From Candidatus Nanoarchaeia archaeon (lineage in GTDB: Archaea; Nanobdellota; Nanobdellia; Woesearchaeales; GW2011-AR9), in the NCBI GenBank assembly GCA_035288985.1, contig DATDYP010000005.1, positions 1,444 to 65,443 on the forward strand: a DNA stretch of 64,000 nt, given 5' to 3'. This document shows positions 54,211-64,000 of this stretch, piece by piece. Each line of letters begins with the position of its first letter. The stretch's first letter is position 1. The translations under genes were made by a program, and so were the position numbers. The notes beneath the pieces are model-generated. The model searched no databases, had not been told where the DNA came from, and saw only the letters and a list, made by a program, of their open reading frames with translations.

Positions 54211-55407
54211 ATGACATCAATGAAACAAAAAATAAGCGCGACGCTGGTGCTGCTGCTGTTTGTATTTAGCATCATACCGGCAGGATTAGCGGAAGAAGGA
54301 AGCAGTAATTTAGTAGATGTAGAAGTAGATGCAGAGGCTGACGTTGAGTCTGATGCAGCTGACGCGGAAGTAAAGACGGAGTCAAAGACGAAAGTAAAAA
54401 CCGAAGATGAAGATTCTGAAGTAGAAGAGGAAACAGAAGTAAAAACAGAGGAGAAAGATGGGGAAGTCAAGGAAGAAGTAAAGATTAAAACGAGAGTAAG
54501 AAACGGCTTGATCAAAAAAGAGATTAAGCGAGAAGTAAAAATACTTCAAAATGCCCGCGAACGGCTTGAAGAAGCTAAAGAGCGTTTTAAGGAAGCCAGA
54601 GACGATCAACGTGAACACCGCCTGAAAGTTCTGGATTTGAATAAAGTCCTGAAGCGGTGCAATCCGGAAAGGCAGGATTGTTCTACGTTAAAAGTAGAAT
54701 TACGCCTTGGAGTAAAGAATCATCTGCTGAAATCAGCACAGGTAGTGGAACGCTCCCTGGAAAAGCTGACTAAAACAATAGAAAAGATGGAAGACTTGTC
54801 TGAAGAAGAAAAAGAACATGCTCTTTCCCTGGCTGCTGAATTAGAAGCAGAATTAGATGCACAGAAAGCAAAGATCGACAGCTTTACTGCTGAAACTCCG
54901 CAGGAAGAGATCAGAGCTGCCATTAAAGACCTGAAGGAATTAAACCAAAAGGTGCACAAATTACAGCGGCGATTGGTCGGCTTGCTGGTAAATGCAAAGC
55001 TTCATGTCTTAGTGGAGAAACATGCTGAACTTCATGCGGGCATGCAGGCGCGCATCGATGCCTTGGCAGAAACTGGCGCAGATGTAACTGAGCTGGAAGC
55101 GATCCTAGCTGAATTCGATGCTAAAGTGGAAGAGCTGAAGCAGGATTATGAAACTGCCAAGCAGAAGTGGATGGAAGCTAAGGATGCAGAAGATTTTGAC
55201 CTGTTCAACCGAGCCTTGCGGGCAGCTCAGCATGAGGTACGGAAAGACCTGCAGGAAACCAAGAAAATATTGCGGGAATTCCTTCACACCTACAAGGAGA
55301 TACAGCAAGATCTGAAAGAAGAAACTGAAGACAGCACTGAAGATGCGGAAGAAACCAACGCTGAAGCTAGCGCTGAGGCAGAAGTTTCGGCAGAAGCACA
55401 GGCATAG
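54211..55407 (+). CDS. Secreted acidic coiled-coil protein
   Basis: Signal-like ATLVLLLFVFSIIPAGLA, E/K-rich heptad-like sequence. GGAGGT 7 nt upstream of the ATG. Confidence 0.45.
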   Translation: MTSMKQKISATLVLLLFVFSIIPAGLAEEGSSNLVDVEVDAEADVESDAADAEVKTESKTKVKTEDEDSEVEEETEVKTEEKDGEVKEEVKIKTRVRNGLIKKEIKREVKILQNARERLEEAKERFKEARDDQREHRLKVLDLNKVLKRCNPERQDCSTLKVELRLGVKNHLLKSAQVVERSLEKLTKTIEKMEDLSEEEKEHALSLAAELEAELDAQKAKIDSFTAETPQEEIRAAIKDLKELNQKVHKLQRRLVGLLVNAKLHVLVEKHAELHAGMQARIDALAETGADVTELEAILAEFDAKVEELKQDYETAKQKWMEAKDAEDFDLFNRALRAAQHEVRKDLQETKKILREFLHTYKEIQQDLKEETEDSTEDAEETNAEASAEAEVSAEAQA

Positions 55408-55420
55408 GTGGTGGCCAAAA

Positions 55421-55657
55421 ATGATGAAACGAACCATTGCCTTTGTCTGCTTCGCTATCTTCGTCAGCATGGTTGCAGTCAGCTGTACGCAACAATTGCC
55501 CAGCGCTGAAGATCAAGCCGTAACAACTGGATTGAAAGAAAGTGCTGAAGAAAAGGATCTCTCCACTGGATTGAATGATCTTGAAGAGATCGAAGCGCTT
55601 GAAACTGATCTTGATGACCTCGGCCTTGAGGAGCTGGAGAAAATTGATCTTGAATAG
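55421..55657 (+). CDS. Small acidic lipoprotein
   Basis: MMKRTIAFVCFAIFVSMVAVSC lipobox. ATG at 55421 preferred. Confidence 0.45.
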   Translation: MMKRTIAFVCFAIFVSMVAVSCTQQLPSAEDQAVTTGLKESAEEKDLSTGLNDLEEIEALETDLDDLGLEELEKIDLE

Positions 55658-55723
55658 ATTTTATTTTATTTTTTTACTTTTCTTTACCAAGATTTTATAA
55701 AATACCTCTTTTTCCAGTTCCAG

Positions 55724-56416
55724 ATGAGAGAATTGATCTATCTTCCGGTCATCCACGAAGTGCCTGAATGCCATTATCTTGAACTGAATGAACAGGAACG
55801 GGAAGATGTTGATGCTTTTGAACGGGATGTCCTCCCTGGGTTCTGGATAATGATTAACAGATTGGTTAGAGATATTCATGCTAAAACACCAATCCATAAA
55901 GTGTACGGAGAAGGGTTTTTTCCTGATGTCAATCTAGAGGATGTTATAGCAGAAGGGGTGCAGCAGGGGCGCTGCATGGCACAGCCAGCCCATTACCTGA
56001 TTTCACATGGAGCAGCTGCTATGCCTACTGAACATCGGGCCTTAGCATATCTTAGCCATAAAGTAGAAGAGATCCGCCTTCAACTAAATCCCATCCCCAT
56101 GCCGGACGAACTGGCAGAAAGATTTGACATCAATCAGGGTCTGGAATTGGCAAGGCTATATTTGGCTGATAATGATTATCGAGTAGTTGGAGACCTCTGC
56201 CGCGGCGAGACAAAGTTTGACGTGAACCGGCTGCGAGATAAACATATTGCACAAAGGATTAATGAAACACTGCTGGATGACGAGTATGGAATGCTATTCC
56301 TGGGAGCCGGCCATAAAGCACATGAAGTTCTTGCCTACGAGGTTGGGGAAGGGATTATTGTTAGAAGAGAAGGAAATGGCTTCACGGAAGATATATTGAA
56401 GATGATTAGAGAATAG
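55724..56416 (+). CDS. Hypothetical protein (possible TraB/GumN-like fold, weak)
   Basis: MLFLGAGHKAHE resembles the GAGH motif of TraB/GumN proteins. Weak call. Confidence 0.25.
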   Translation: MRELIYLPVIHEVPECHYLELNEQEREDVDAFERDVLPGFWIMINRLVRDIHAKTPIHKVYGEGFFPDVNLEDVIAEGVQQGRCMAQPAHYLISHGAAAMPTEHRALAYLSHKVEEIRLQLNPIPMPDELAERFDINQGLELARLYLADNDYRVVGDLCRGETKFDVNRLRDKHIAQRINETLLDDEYGMLFLGAGHKAHEVLAYEVGEGIIVRREGNGFTEDILKMIRE

Positions 56417-56440
56417 AATAAGCTGAACCAGATTATGTTA

Positions 56441-57721
56441 CTATTTATGTTTTGCAACAACTCTGGCATTATCAACAAAGCCGATTGGCGTCCAAAATCC
56501 TTTCAGGAAAGTTTCATCGATCGTACTTCTACCATTTTCATCATATCTGATTCCCTGCCGTTCAAAATCCTGCAATGCCCTCTGGACTGGTTGCGCAGCA
56601 TATCTCAATTCACTGACTAATTGAAAGTTTAGATTGCCCTGCAAATCAAAACCATAGCGGTTCTGTTCTACAAAATGTAGTGGATAGGTTGGCTCCAGAG
56701 TTACTTCCGATAACAGTTCAATTTTTTTCTTCACGACTGCAGGATCATCATGATCGCCTAGGGATTTATCTCCCAATACAGAGATTGCATACTGAAAAAG
56801 CTTCAGATTGTATTCTTCTAACAGTGTAGTATCCTTTGCTTCCTGATAGATTTCATCGAAAATGCGCTTGATTCCCAATGCTTTCTGCGTTTCAGGAGAG
56901 TTTTTCAGATCATCAAATATAACTTGTTGATAAAATTGCGCCACTGACTCCATCGTAGCTTCCGTAAGTGTCGAGGCCTTCGTTAAAAAGTAGGGCAGAT
57001 CAGTGGTGCTAGTCACAACATGGTTCAGCGCATGCCCCATCCCTTCATGGCCGTATAATTTTATCAACTCCCTTTCCCTCAGATGTAAACTGCCATCTTC
57101 AGAGGAATAAACAATAGCAGGGATGGCAATCGCTAAGGCCATGGTTGATGGATTGAAATAAGAACGATCATTGGTTGTAGGGACAGCATCGATGTTCTGT
57201 AAAGACTCGCCAACCCTTGACAAGTCCTGCAATAATGTTCCTAGTATTTTATGATATTTTTGTATTCGGACAGAACCAAACTTCTCAGCCTTCCTTTTCA
57301 CGGTCGGCACATCAACCTGCAAGCCTAGTTCATAATTTTCAACCTCAGTTGATTGGAAGAGCCTATCAATAGAATCCAAGGTCCTTTCCCTGTTCGCTTC
57401 CAACCATCCTCGCAATTGGGTTATGTCAGAAAGAGGAATTCCATACCTGGCTATAATAGTGTCAAAATCACAGGCCTTTCCACTTAAATAATGATCTAAC
57501 AAGGCCACTTCCCCTTGTAACCGTCTTTTTAATTCCGCTCGATGAACGCCATAATCAGATGGTGGATTTTCAACATCTGGAATGCTTTCAGCTAAGGCAG
57601 CAAGTTCTCCAGCAACTCTTCCCGCCTCCCTGGACGGATAGACCTGGAATTTACTGTTAAATTTTGAAGCTTTTTCTAGCCGTTTCAATAATCCCTCTGC
57701 CTGTTCGAATAATTGGGTCAT
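56441..57721 (-). CDS. Putative gluzincin-like metallopeptidase (DUF885-like)
   Basis: YGHEGMGHALNH with a downstream TEATMESVAQFY fits an HExxGH...E pattern. Weak family call. Confidence 0.35.
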   Translation of the reverse strand: MTQLFEQAEGLLKRLEKASKFNSKFQVYPSREAGRVAGELAALAESIPDVENPPSDYGVHRAELKRRLQGEVALLDHYLSGKACDFDTIIARYGIPLSDITQLRGWLEANRERTLDSIDRLFQSTEVENYELGLQVDVPTVKRKAEKFGSVRIQKYHKILGTLLQDLSRVGESLQNIDAVPTTNDRSYFNPSTMALAIAIPAIVYSSEDGSLHLRERELIKLYGHEGMGHALNHVVTSTTDLPYFLTKASTLTEATMESVAQFYQQVIFDDLKNSPETQKALGIKRIFDEIYQEAKDTTLLEEYNLKLFQYAISVLGDKSLGDHDDPAVVKKKIELLSEVTLEPTYPLHFVEQNRYGFDLQGNLNFQLVSELRYAAQPVQRALQDFERQGIRYDENGRSTIDETFLKGFWTPIGFVDNARVVAKHK

Positions 57722-57835
57722 TTTAAAGGCTAAGATAAACAGTAGTATTTAAAGGTTTCTGTTTTGTAACTACTGCTTGATGACAACTTTTTATAATGTA
57801 GAAGTAGGTTTCAGGCCTAGTCAGCTCTATGCCTA

Positions 57836-60226
57836 TCAATACCCCCTATTACCCTGGTTGAGATTAGGCAATGGTATCGTCGGTCCAGGCAAGCCAGTAT
57901 TCTCCCAGCTAGGCCTGGCAGTAGGCAAATTAAGAGGAACGTCTAAATCAAGGTTGTTTCCTGCCAGCCGTTGCTGGAATTCTTCCATGGCTCGTCGCTG
58001 TTCTTTCTGCTGTTCCAACGGCAATTGCCACGGACGCAATACTGTATACTCGTCAGGGTTGATACCCTCCAGTTCAAGATTTATAGGAAAAAGATTCCTG
58101 CCCTGATTGACGAAATAGGCATCATCCTTAGCAACAAGTTTTGCCCTATTTTCATGGAATAAATCTGAGATCCGTACTGGTTGGTAATTCAAGTTTGCAG
58201 CCAGTTCCGGTGATAAATATTGATTCCCGCTCTGTGTTAAGAGATAATCACCTTTATTGTTTCTAAAGATAGGCATCGCGCCGCTGTCAATGCCACGCTG
58301 TATTTCCTCAGCCTTATCAACTGATAAGTCAGGCAGCTGTTCTGGGAGTTCGTCATCGACAGTATATGAAATGCCAAACATCTCATCAATCTGTTCATCC
58401 GTTTTTGTGTTAGCTTTGAAACCCGGAACCTTACGGTACGCTCCAGTAGCTTGCAGCTCTTCCTCCGTTAAAATGCCATTATTTATACCACTAATGTACA
58501 GACCTTTGGCTTCCTCTAGTGTAAGACTTCTGGTTCGTTCCATGCTTAAGGGCTTGTAAACTTCATCAACCATGGCCGTCCACATTTCCGGCTTGATGCC
58601 TGGAAGGAAATAAGATTGCCCCTGCCCGGATATTGTTCTAGCTGCTTTAACAAGAAGCTCTTTACCCCAATCAGAAGGAATATCTTGATACTTTTTCCCA
58701 TCAATTTTAGTGGCTTCCTGAAGATCGGCGATATGTTCAGCAGCCTGTCCGTACAAATCTCTGTTCACCCCAAACATAATTCTTATCAATCTGTTCTTGT
58801 AAAACCCAAGATCAAATCCAGAAAAACCAAGCTCATCTATATTGATAGAAAATATTTTTGCAGCTTCCCGTGCCAGAAGATCAGCCACCTCATGCTGAAC
58901 TTTTAAAACATCGCTGTCAGTAAACGTATCTTCTAAAGACTTGCCTTCCAGCCATCGTTCCTTTACTGTATCAAGAGCTGCTTTAACAATATCCCTAGCC
59001 TGCTCACCATAACGTCCGGAAACAGCGAGATTATGTTTAATTGCTTGATCTAAGGCTTTGCCATTTAATCCTTCGTATTGAAGGTTAAAACTAGTGCCTT
59101 CCAAAGCATAATTTCTATCCAGAGCTGTGCTCTTCTGGAACATCTCCTTCCAAGGTTCAGCAAGTACTGGCCTGTTAATAGCTGTAAAGGTTACTTTTTC
59201 ACTTTCGTGGTCAATATCATGCTCTCCATGAAGGTTTACCTTCATAGTGCCATCAATGGTTTTATGAATATGATACTCGTCAACTTTAACTAATTGTTTT
59301 GTTCCTTCATCAAAATGAGCAACACAAAATGCTCCATGCGAGGAATCATTGTATTCTAATGCCAGTATTCCCGGTGTGAAGGTAAGGATCTTGACGGACT
59401 TCCCAGAAACTTTGTCCATGTAGGTCTTAAATTCTACTTCAGCATCACTGAGATGGTGATGTCCATTGACAATTAACTTAGGCGTGGGCAGGCCAAGACT
59501 ATTTCGCTGCAGCAGATATTCCTGAAAGTGCTGCGCGTAATTATCAACATGCTGCCCTTCAATCGGCGGCGGGATGTGAGTTACGATCATATCAATCTCA
59601 TTCCCTTCCTGTGTTTCTGCTCGAGGCTTGAGGAGAAGCTTGCCAAGATCATGGGAATGGCTAATGCCTTTGTCCGGATAGTCGCTAAAAAATCCCTGGG
59701 AAAAGACACCGGCTTTGGTAGGTGGAGCTCCACCGCCGCCAGCGTAGAGAACAGTCATGCCGTCTTCAACAGCAAATTCATTGTGATGCACTTTTTCTCC
59801 AAGAACCTCCAGCATCGGTTCCTCAACGTCCCAGTTTCCAGGTACATATTCCAAAGTAGGGTCTATGTCGTAGAGTAACTGATACGTATGTCGTCCGTGG
59901 TTAAGAAGCGATTCCAGTCCAGCTCCTCTCGGCTGGGAAAACATAGCTAAAGTTTCGTCGCTGTACAAGCCTTTCTGGATATTCTTACGAAGTGAGCTGC
60001 CTGTCAGTTTGCCATCATGACCTATTGCCGGCAGTAATTGAGCGCGAAATTGTTCTGCGCGAAGAGCAGCATCTTTGGTCTCGCTAGCAGATAGTTCATG
60101 AGTTAGATCCCCTAACGAAGTCCGCCTGGCTATCCCCCGTTCATCAGCGATTCTTCTAGCTATGTCAAAACCTTGAAAATTACCGTGTCCATCTCCGATA
60201 AAAACTCGGTGTAGTGTACCAGCCAT
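57836..60226 (-). CDS. Large calcineurin-like metallophosphoesterase with ~500-aa unknown C-terminal region
   Basis: N-terminal motifs IGDGHGN, GNWD, VTHIPP, NGHHH. The rest is unrecognised. Confidence 0.55.
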   Translation of the reverse strand: MAGTLHRVFIGDGHGNFQGFDIARRIADERGIARRTSLGDLTHELSASETKDAALRAEQFRAQLLPAIGHDGKLTGSSLRKNIQKGLYSDETLAMFSQPRGAGLESLLNHGRHTYQLLYDIDPTLEYVPGNWDVEEPMLEVLGEKVHHNEFAVEDGMTVLYAGGGGAPPTKAGVFSQGFFSDYPDKGISHSHDLGKLLLKPRAETQEGNEIDMIVTHIPPPIEGQHVDNYAQHFQEYLLQRNSLGLPTPKLIVNGHHHLSDAEVEFKTYMDKVSGKSVKILTFTPGILALEYNDSSHGAFCVAHFDEGTKQLVKVDEYHIHKTIDGTMKVNLHGEHDIDHESEKVTFTAINRPVLAEPWKEMFQKSTALDRNYALEGTSFNLQYEGLNGKALDQAIKHNLAVSGRYGEQARDIVKAALDTVKERWLEGKSLEDTFTDSDVLKVQHEVADLLAREAAKIFSINIDELGFSGFDLGFYKNRLIRIMFGVNRDLYGQAAEHIADLQEATKIDGKKYQDIPSDWGKELLVKAARTISGQGQSYFLPGIKPEMWTAMVDEVYKPLSMERTRSLTLEEAKGLYISGINNGILTEEELQATGAYRKVPGFKANTKTDEQIDEMFGISYTVDDELPEQLPDLSVDKAEEIQRGIDSGAMPIFRNNKGDYLLTQSGNQYLSPELAANLNYQPVRISDLFHENRAKLVAKDDAYFVNQGRNLFPINLELEGINPDEYTVLRPWQLPLEQQKEQRRAMEEFQQRLAGNNLDLDVPLNLPTARPSWENTGLPGPTIPLPNLNQGNRGY

Positions 60227-60289
60227 TTTTACAGTAAAATATAAGAAATACTTTATAAATCTTTCCGTTTTATCACTCTAGAGTGACAA

Positions 60290-60979
60290 TCAAGCTGCTT
60301 TTTTCTTTTCCTTCTCTTTACTCTTGTCCTTTACGCCCTTGAATCTGCCCCTCAATATTTGCCTAGCGGCATCTTCGTCAACGGTGTCTGTTTCATAATC
60401 CCAAGCAGCTAGCAAGCGCTTAGCTTCTTCCACGCTTGGTTTTCCTTCCATCTTGATCGGCAGAGCCTTGACAATCTCATCAATATGAGTTTCTTTAATA
60501 TGCCCAGTGGTTTCTGCTTGTAAATCTTGCTTCATCTGATTTGCAAGACCCGGAATGATACGTTGCCCGTAAATGTCCCATTTCAGCTTTCCACCATACA
60601 GCTCCTGCTGCTGCTGCACCAGTTGATCATTATACCCGGTAAATACTTCCAGAAATTTGTCTTTGTGGTAGCCCTTCAACTCTTCCCACGTTTTCCGCAG
60701 TTTGTCGTCAAGAACGTTTTTTGCATACCAATCCTTCATCTCCTTACGAAGGCCATCCTTCACTTCTTGAGCACTTTTAACTTGTTTTCCTTCCTCATCC
60801 AAGATTCCATCATCAAGCCGTTTATATTCTATCCGGCCTGTTTTTTTATTTTTAAGAACCTTTTCCACGGCATGGTGAAACGCGCCATGATGATGTTGCT
60901 GCCAGGTGTCAGACAATTCTTCAGAGTGCTCAGAAGCTTTCTTGTACTTTGCGATAGGACTTTCTTCCTTGCCAGCCAT
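60290..60979 (-). CDS. Hypothetical protein (229 aa), K/E-rich
   Basis: ORF with TATA-like context. First gene of the minus-strand run 60979-56441. Confidence 0.4.
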   Translation of the reverse strand: MAGKEESPIAKYKKASEHSEELSDTWQQHHHGAFHHAVEKVLKNKKTGRIEYKRLDDGILDEEGKQVKSAQEVKDGLRKEMKDWYAKNVLDDKLRKTWEELKGYHKDKFLEVFTGYNDQLVQQQQELYGGKLKWDIYGQRIIPGLANQMKQDLQAETTGHIKETHIDEIVKALPIKMEGKPSVEEAKRLLAAWDYETDTVDEDAARQILRGRFKGVKDKSKEKEKKKAA

Positions 60980-61157
60980 GCTACAACTAAAAGTTCAGCC
61001 TTTAAATAGTTTTCTAAAGGGAAAAATATATAAAAATGAGGAGAAATAGAGTTTGAAAGTTATGACCAAAATGTCCCACCAAGGACAAGAAACAATTATA
61101 AATATTTAAAGTATATATTACAAAGCATAATCAAAACGTCTCACACCGGAGGGCTCT

Positions 61158-63023
61158 ATGGCAAAAAAAACGTCTAAAACACTTCAACCTAAACAGATCA
61201 AAACCGTTACTGATACTCTTCCGCAGCTTCCTAATCTTCCGCCTGAAGTGGAGAAGAAAATGAAAGCTTTAAAGGAGAAGCTGGATACGCTCAAAAGCAA
61301 GGTTCTGGATAAGTTTGGCGATTATATTGTGGGCATAACGCTGCTGCCGCCTGAAAAGAAAATGCCTAAAGATGGGGAGAAGGCTGAAGAGAAGAAAGAA
61401 GAGGATGAGAAAAAGATCAACATTCTTGTTGTCGTTGACGACACCACCTCAAAAAAGATGTCTAAAGATGAATTATACCAAAAATTTTCCTCTATTATCA
61501 AGAAGCTGGCAGAAGATGTTGATAAAGACATCGTCACTCAAAGTGTCCTCCTGACTGATATCTGGCAGAATTGTTATGATGCCAAGTACGACTTAAATAA
61601 AATGATCTCGCTGGGCGTGCCTATCCATGACACCGGCATGCTGGCAGCAATCAAGATTGCAGAAATTCATAAAAGCATGGTGCTGAAGAAGTTTGAGAAA
61701 TACATCCTCAGCTACGTCCTGGCAGGTTCCCTGACTCAGGGAAGAGCCACGCCAACTTCAGACATTGATGTCTGGATTGTCATTGATGATACTGACGTTA
61801 AAAAAATGACCCGCGTGGAATTGAAGGATAAATTAAGAGCAATCATCATCGGCATGGGCATCGAAGCTGGAGAGATGACTGGCATCAAGAATAAACTTAA
61901 CATTCAGGTTTACATCCTGACCGATTTCTGGGAGTCCTTGAAAGAAGCTAACCCGATCATCTTTACCCTGCTTAGGGATGGCGTGCCTTTCTACGACAGA
62001 GGAATTTTCATGCCTTGGAAACAATTGTTGCGCATGGGACGGATCAAGCCCAGCCGGGAAGCTATCGATTTGTTCATGAGTACCGGTGAGCAGAGCATCA
62101 AGCGCGTACAGGCGCGGCTGAAGGAGATGGGCATGGAAGACACCTTTTACGCCATCCTCACGCCATCGCAGGCAGCGATCATGCTGTACGGCCTGCCTCC
62201 GCCTACGCCGAGGGAAACACCCGACGTTCTGGAAGAGATTTTTGTCAAGAAAGAGAAGATGCTGGAAAAAAAATATGTTGACATGCTGCGCAAGAATGTA
62301 GATCTACGGAAAAAGATCGAACATGGGGAGAAGAAAGAATTGACCGGAACAGAATTGGACGAATATGTCAGCAATGCTGAAAGTTATCTTAAACGGATCC
62401 GCGAGCTGTTCAAGGAGATTGAAGCCAGGCATGATGAAAAAAGTATCCTCTACTTGTATGATGAAATCATAACCATCATCAGGGATGTCCTTAAGATGGA
62501 AGGGATTGAACGTGCGCAGGATGTAGAGCTGATCAAATTGTTTGAAGATGAATTGATTTCCACAGGAAAAATTCCGGCCCGCTATCTGCGTGATCTGAAT
62601 GAGATCATTGATGCCAAGCACAAGCATGACAAGAAAACATTGACCAAGAATGACATTGAAAAAGCGCGCAAGGGAAGTTCAGGTTTAGTGCGGTTTATGG
62701 TCGAATACATGCAGCGCAAGCGCGGCAAGGAATTGGAGCGGGCTAAGATCAGGGTCAAGCACGGGGAGAAGTATGGCGAAATCATCCTCTTCGATACGGT
62801 AGCCTTCGTCATCCATGACATCGATGCTAAGGATCAGCGCATCGAGAAAGGAGTTATCAAAGCTGATGGATCTCTGGGTCCTTTAACAGAAAGCACCATG
62901 GAAGAATTCGAGAAAGAACTAGCCAAGATGAAATTCCCGAAGAGAGTCTTTGTCAAAGAGCCGCTCTTTGAGGATCTCAAAAACATCTTCGGTCGGGACG
63001 TGGAAGTGCTGCTGCAGTATTGA
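61158..63023 (+). CDS. Large nucleotidyltransferase-domain protein (degenerate plus intact Pol-beta NTase modules and helical C-terminal region)
   Basis: LAGSLTQGRATPTSDIDVWIVIDD (GS...DxD), preceded by a degenerate copy (YIVGITLL...INILVVVDD). Confidence 0.5.
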   Translation: MAKKTSKTLQPKQIKTVTDTLPQLPNLPPEVEKKMKALKEKLDTLKSKVLDKFGDYIVGITLLPPEKKMPKDGEKAEEKKEEDEKKINILVVVDDTTSKKMSKDELYQKFSSIIKKLAEDVDKDIVTQSVLLTDIWQNCYDAKYDLNKMISLGVPIHDTGMLAAIKIAEIHKSMVLKKFEKYILSYVLAGSLTQGRATPTSDIDVWIVIDDTDVKKMTRVELKDKLRAIIIGMGIEAGEMTGIKNKLNIQVYILTDFWESLKEANPIIFTLLRDGVPFYDRGIFMPWKQLLRMGRIKPSREAIDLFMSTGEQSIKRVQARLKEMGMEDTFYAILTPSQAAIMLYGLPPPTPRETPDVLEEIFVKKEKMLEKKYVDMLRKNVDLRKKIEHGEKKELTGTELDEYVSNAESYLKRIRELFKEIEARHDEKSILYLYDEIITIIRDVLKMEGIERAQDVELIKLFEDELISTGKIPARYLRDLNEIIDAKHKHDKKTLTKNDIEKARKGSSGLVRFMVEYMQRKRGKELERAKIRVKHGEKYGEIILFDTVAFVIHDIDAKDQRIEKGVIKADGSLGPLTESTMEEFEKELAKMKFPKRVFVKEPLFEDLKNIFGRDVEVLLQY

Positions 63024-63068
63024 GATAGAAGTTAAAATTGTTTTTTGTTTATTTATGGTTATTAGTTT

Positions 63069-63392
63069 TTAGTTATTTTTCCTACGAACCAATTTCACGT
63101 TTGAACTAATCTCGTAAGCCAAAATTTCTTCCTGATTATAATGAGTTAAAGTAAATGCAATTATTTTGTCTATACTCATCTCATCACAATAAATTCTGAC
63201 GGGAATCATGGTGTCGATGAACGTTCTGCCATCAGGGTTAATCCATTGTCCTTTAACAGTTCTTAAGAGGGTAAGGCCCCCACTCAGCTCTCGTACTTTC
63301 TCGTCCCAGGCTTTGTGGTGCTCTAAAGAGTAGGCAGCACCAGTATTTGAGTTTTGAGGAACAAGGATTTCCCATAATTTCTGAATGCCCAT
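63069..63392 (-). CDS. Hypothetical protein (~108 aa)
   Basis: ORF. ATG at 63392 preferred because the TTG at 63455 lies almost inside the TATA-like ttatttatata. Confidence 0.3.
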   Translation of the reverse strand: MGIQKLWEILVPQNSNTGAAYSLEHHKAWDEKVRELSGGLTLLRTVKGQWINPDGRTFIDTMIPVRIYCDEMSIDKIIAFTLTHYNQEEILAYEISSNVKLVRRKNN

Positions 63393-63490
63393 GCCCTTCT
63401 TAAAACGGCGTCGTTTAAAAAAGTTGACTAAATGTTGTTTAACCACCAACAACAAAACCTATATAAATAAGGCCTAATAATAACTACAAA

Positions 63491-64000
63491 ATGACTATTG
63501 CAAGACCCTATGGCCTGGAACAGGAAGATGACAATACTAGTCCAGGATATCCTGAAGTTGAAGAAGAGGATTATAGTCCAGACGAGACTATTAGAGATGT
63601 CATCTGCCTTGATCCGATGAATAAAAAGGAATTATCCGGTTTGGATATTGACACTATCGTTACTGATGCTTCAGGAGTAATAAACGCCTCCAAAGCTTTG
63701 GTTCCTTTTATCCAAAACGGCGGAAATCTGTTTATCGCCGAGAGCGCACTTGCAGAAGCTCAGGAAGAACTTCCAACCCTACCAAAAGAAACTAATCGAG
63801 CTACAGTTATGGAGTATTTAACAACCAGCAGCCATGTCCTCGACATACAGGAGCAGCGACGAGTGCCAGAGATCAACCGAGAGTATGGTTTGATGGAGAA
63901 GCTCTTGTCAATGACACGAAGGAATGGCACTTATCGATGCATCGTTGATCAGATTGATGAGATTGCAGGATTATGGAGCCAACTGATTCAACAGCATGGC
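63491..64000 (+). CDS. Hypothetical protein, 3' end outside the window (not in the supplied ORF track)
   Basis: ATG at 63491 followed by 170 codons without a stop up to the window edge. TATA-like ctatataaataa about 20 nt upstream. Confidence 0.4.
   Translation, partial: MTIARPYGLEQEDDNTSPGYPEVEEEDYSPDETIRDVICLDPMNKKELSGLDIDTIVTDASGVINASKALVPFIQNGGNLFIAESALAEAQEELPTLPKETNRATVMEYLTTSSHVLDIQEQRRVPEINREYGLMEKLLSMTRRNGTYRCIVDQIDEIAGLWSQLIQQHG

Noticed and set aside
54280-54520. Repetitive gaagta/gaagaa-rich segment at the start of the 398-aa gene, with mirrored minus-strand ORFs
   Set aside because: It encodes an acidic E/V/K/T-rich low-complexity region of a secreted coiled-coil protein. It is not a nucleotide-level repeat array.
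1-64000. Looked for CRISPR arrays, rRNA genes, transposases/integrases, reverse transcriptase (DGR or retron) and prophage structural genes
   Set aside because: None were recognised. There are no regularly spaced direct repeats, no rRNA-like conserved stretches, and no ORF with integrase, transposase or RT motifs.

Overview
Archaeal chromosome segment. Evidence: EF-1alpha, EF-2, uS10, an L7Ae-S28e-L24e-Ndk cluster, SecE-Spt5, prefoldin-FtsY, FtsZ and IleRS; TATA boxes about 22-27 nt upstream of mostly leaderless start codons; intron-containing tRNAs. Coding density is high. The window is a mosaic: a conserved information-processing core is interrupted by visibly AT-rich islets (toxin-antitoxin-like genes, a homing endonuclease, a HEPN-like gene) and by GC-richer blocks with bacterial-looking genes (a sigma-54-type AAA+ activator, BolA/Grx). 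A small-genome DPANN-like lineage is plausible, but that is inference only. No rRNA genes, CRISPR array, transposase or integrase were seen.

Most interesting observations:
1. A tandem tRNA-Arg locus. An intron-containing tRNA-Arg(CCU) is followed by a second copy that has no promoter and no 5' half. That copy carries a UCU anticodon segment and an 83-nt T-loop insert, so it may be a shared-exon or split tRNA.
2. Small structured-RNA-like elements, each with a 12-bp terminal stem and a GGCC clamp, a TATA box about 27 nt upstream and an oligo-T downstream. Two copies are clearly homologous and show compensatory stem substitutions.
3. A LAGLIDADG homing-endonuclease ORF fused to a diverged duplicate of the first 31 codons of glmS, sitting 2 nt upstream of an intact glmS.
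4. An FtsY with an embedded alpha/beta-hydrolase domain.
5. A sigma-54-type enhancer-binding AAA+ protein in an archaeal context.
6. Several uncharacterised gene modules: an NTase plus a kinase-like protein, three paralogs of an unknown family, and a J-domain protein coupled to a DEAD-box helicase.

All functional calls rest on motif recognition by eye. No database searches or folding programs were run.
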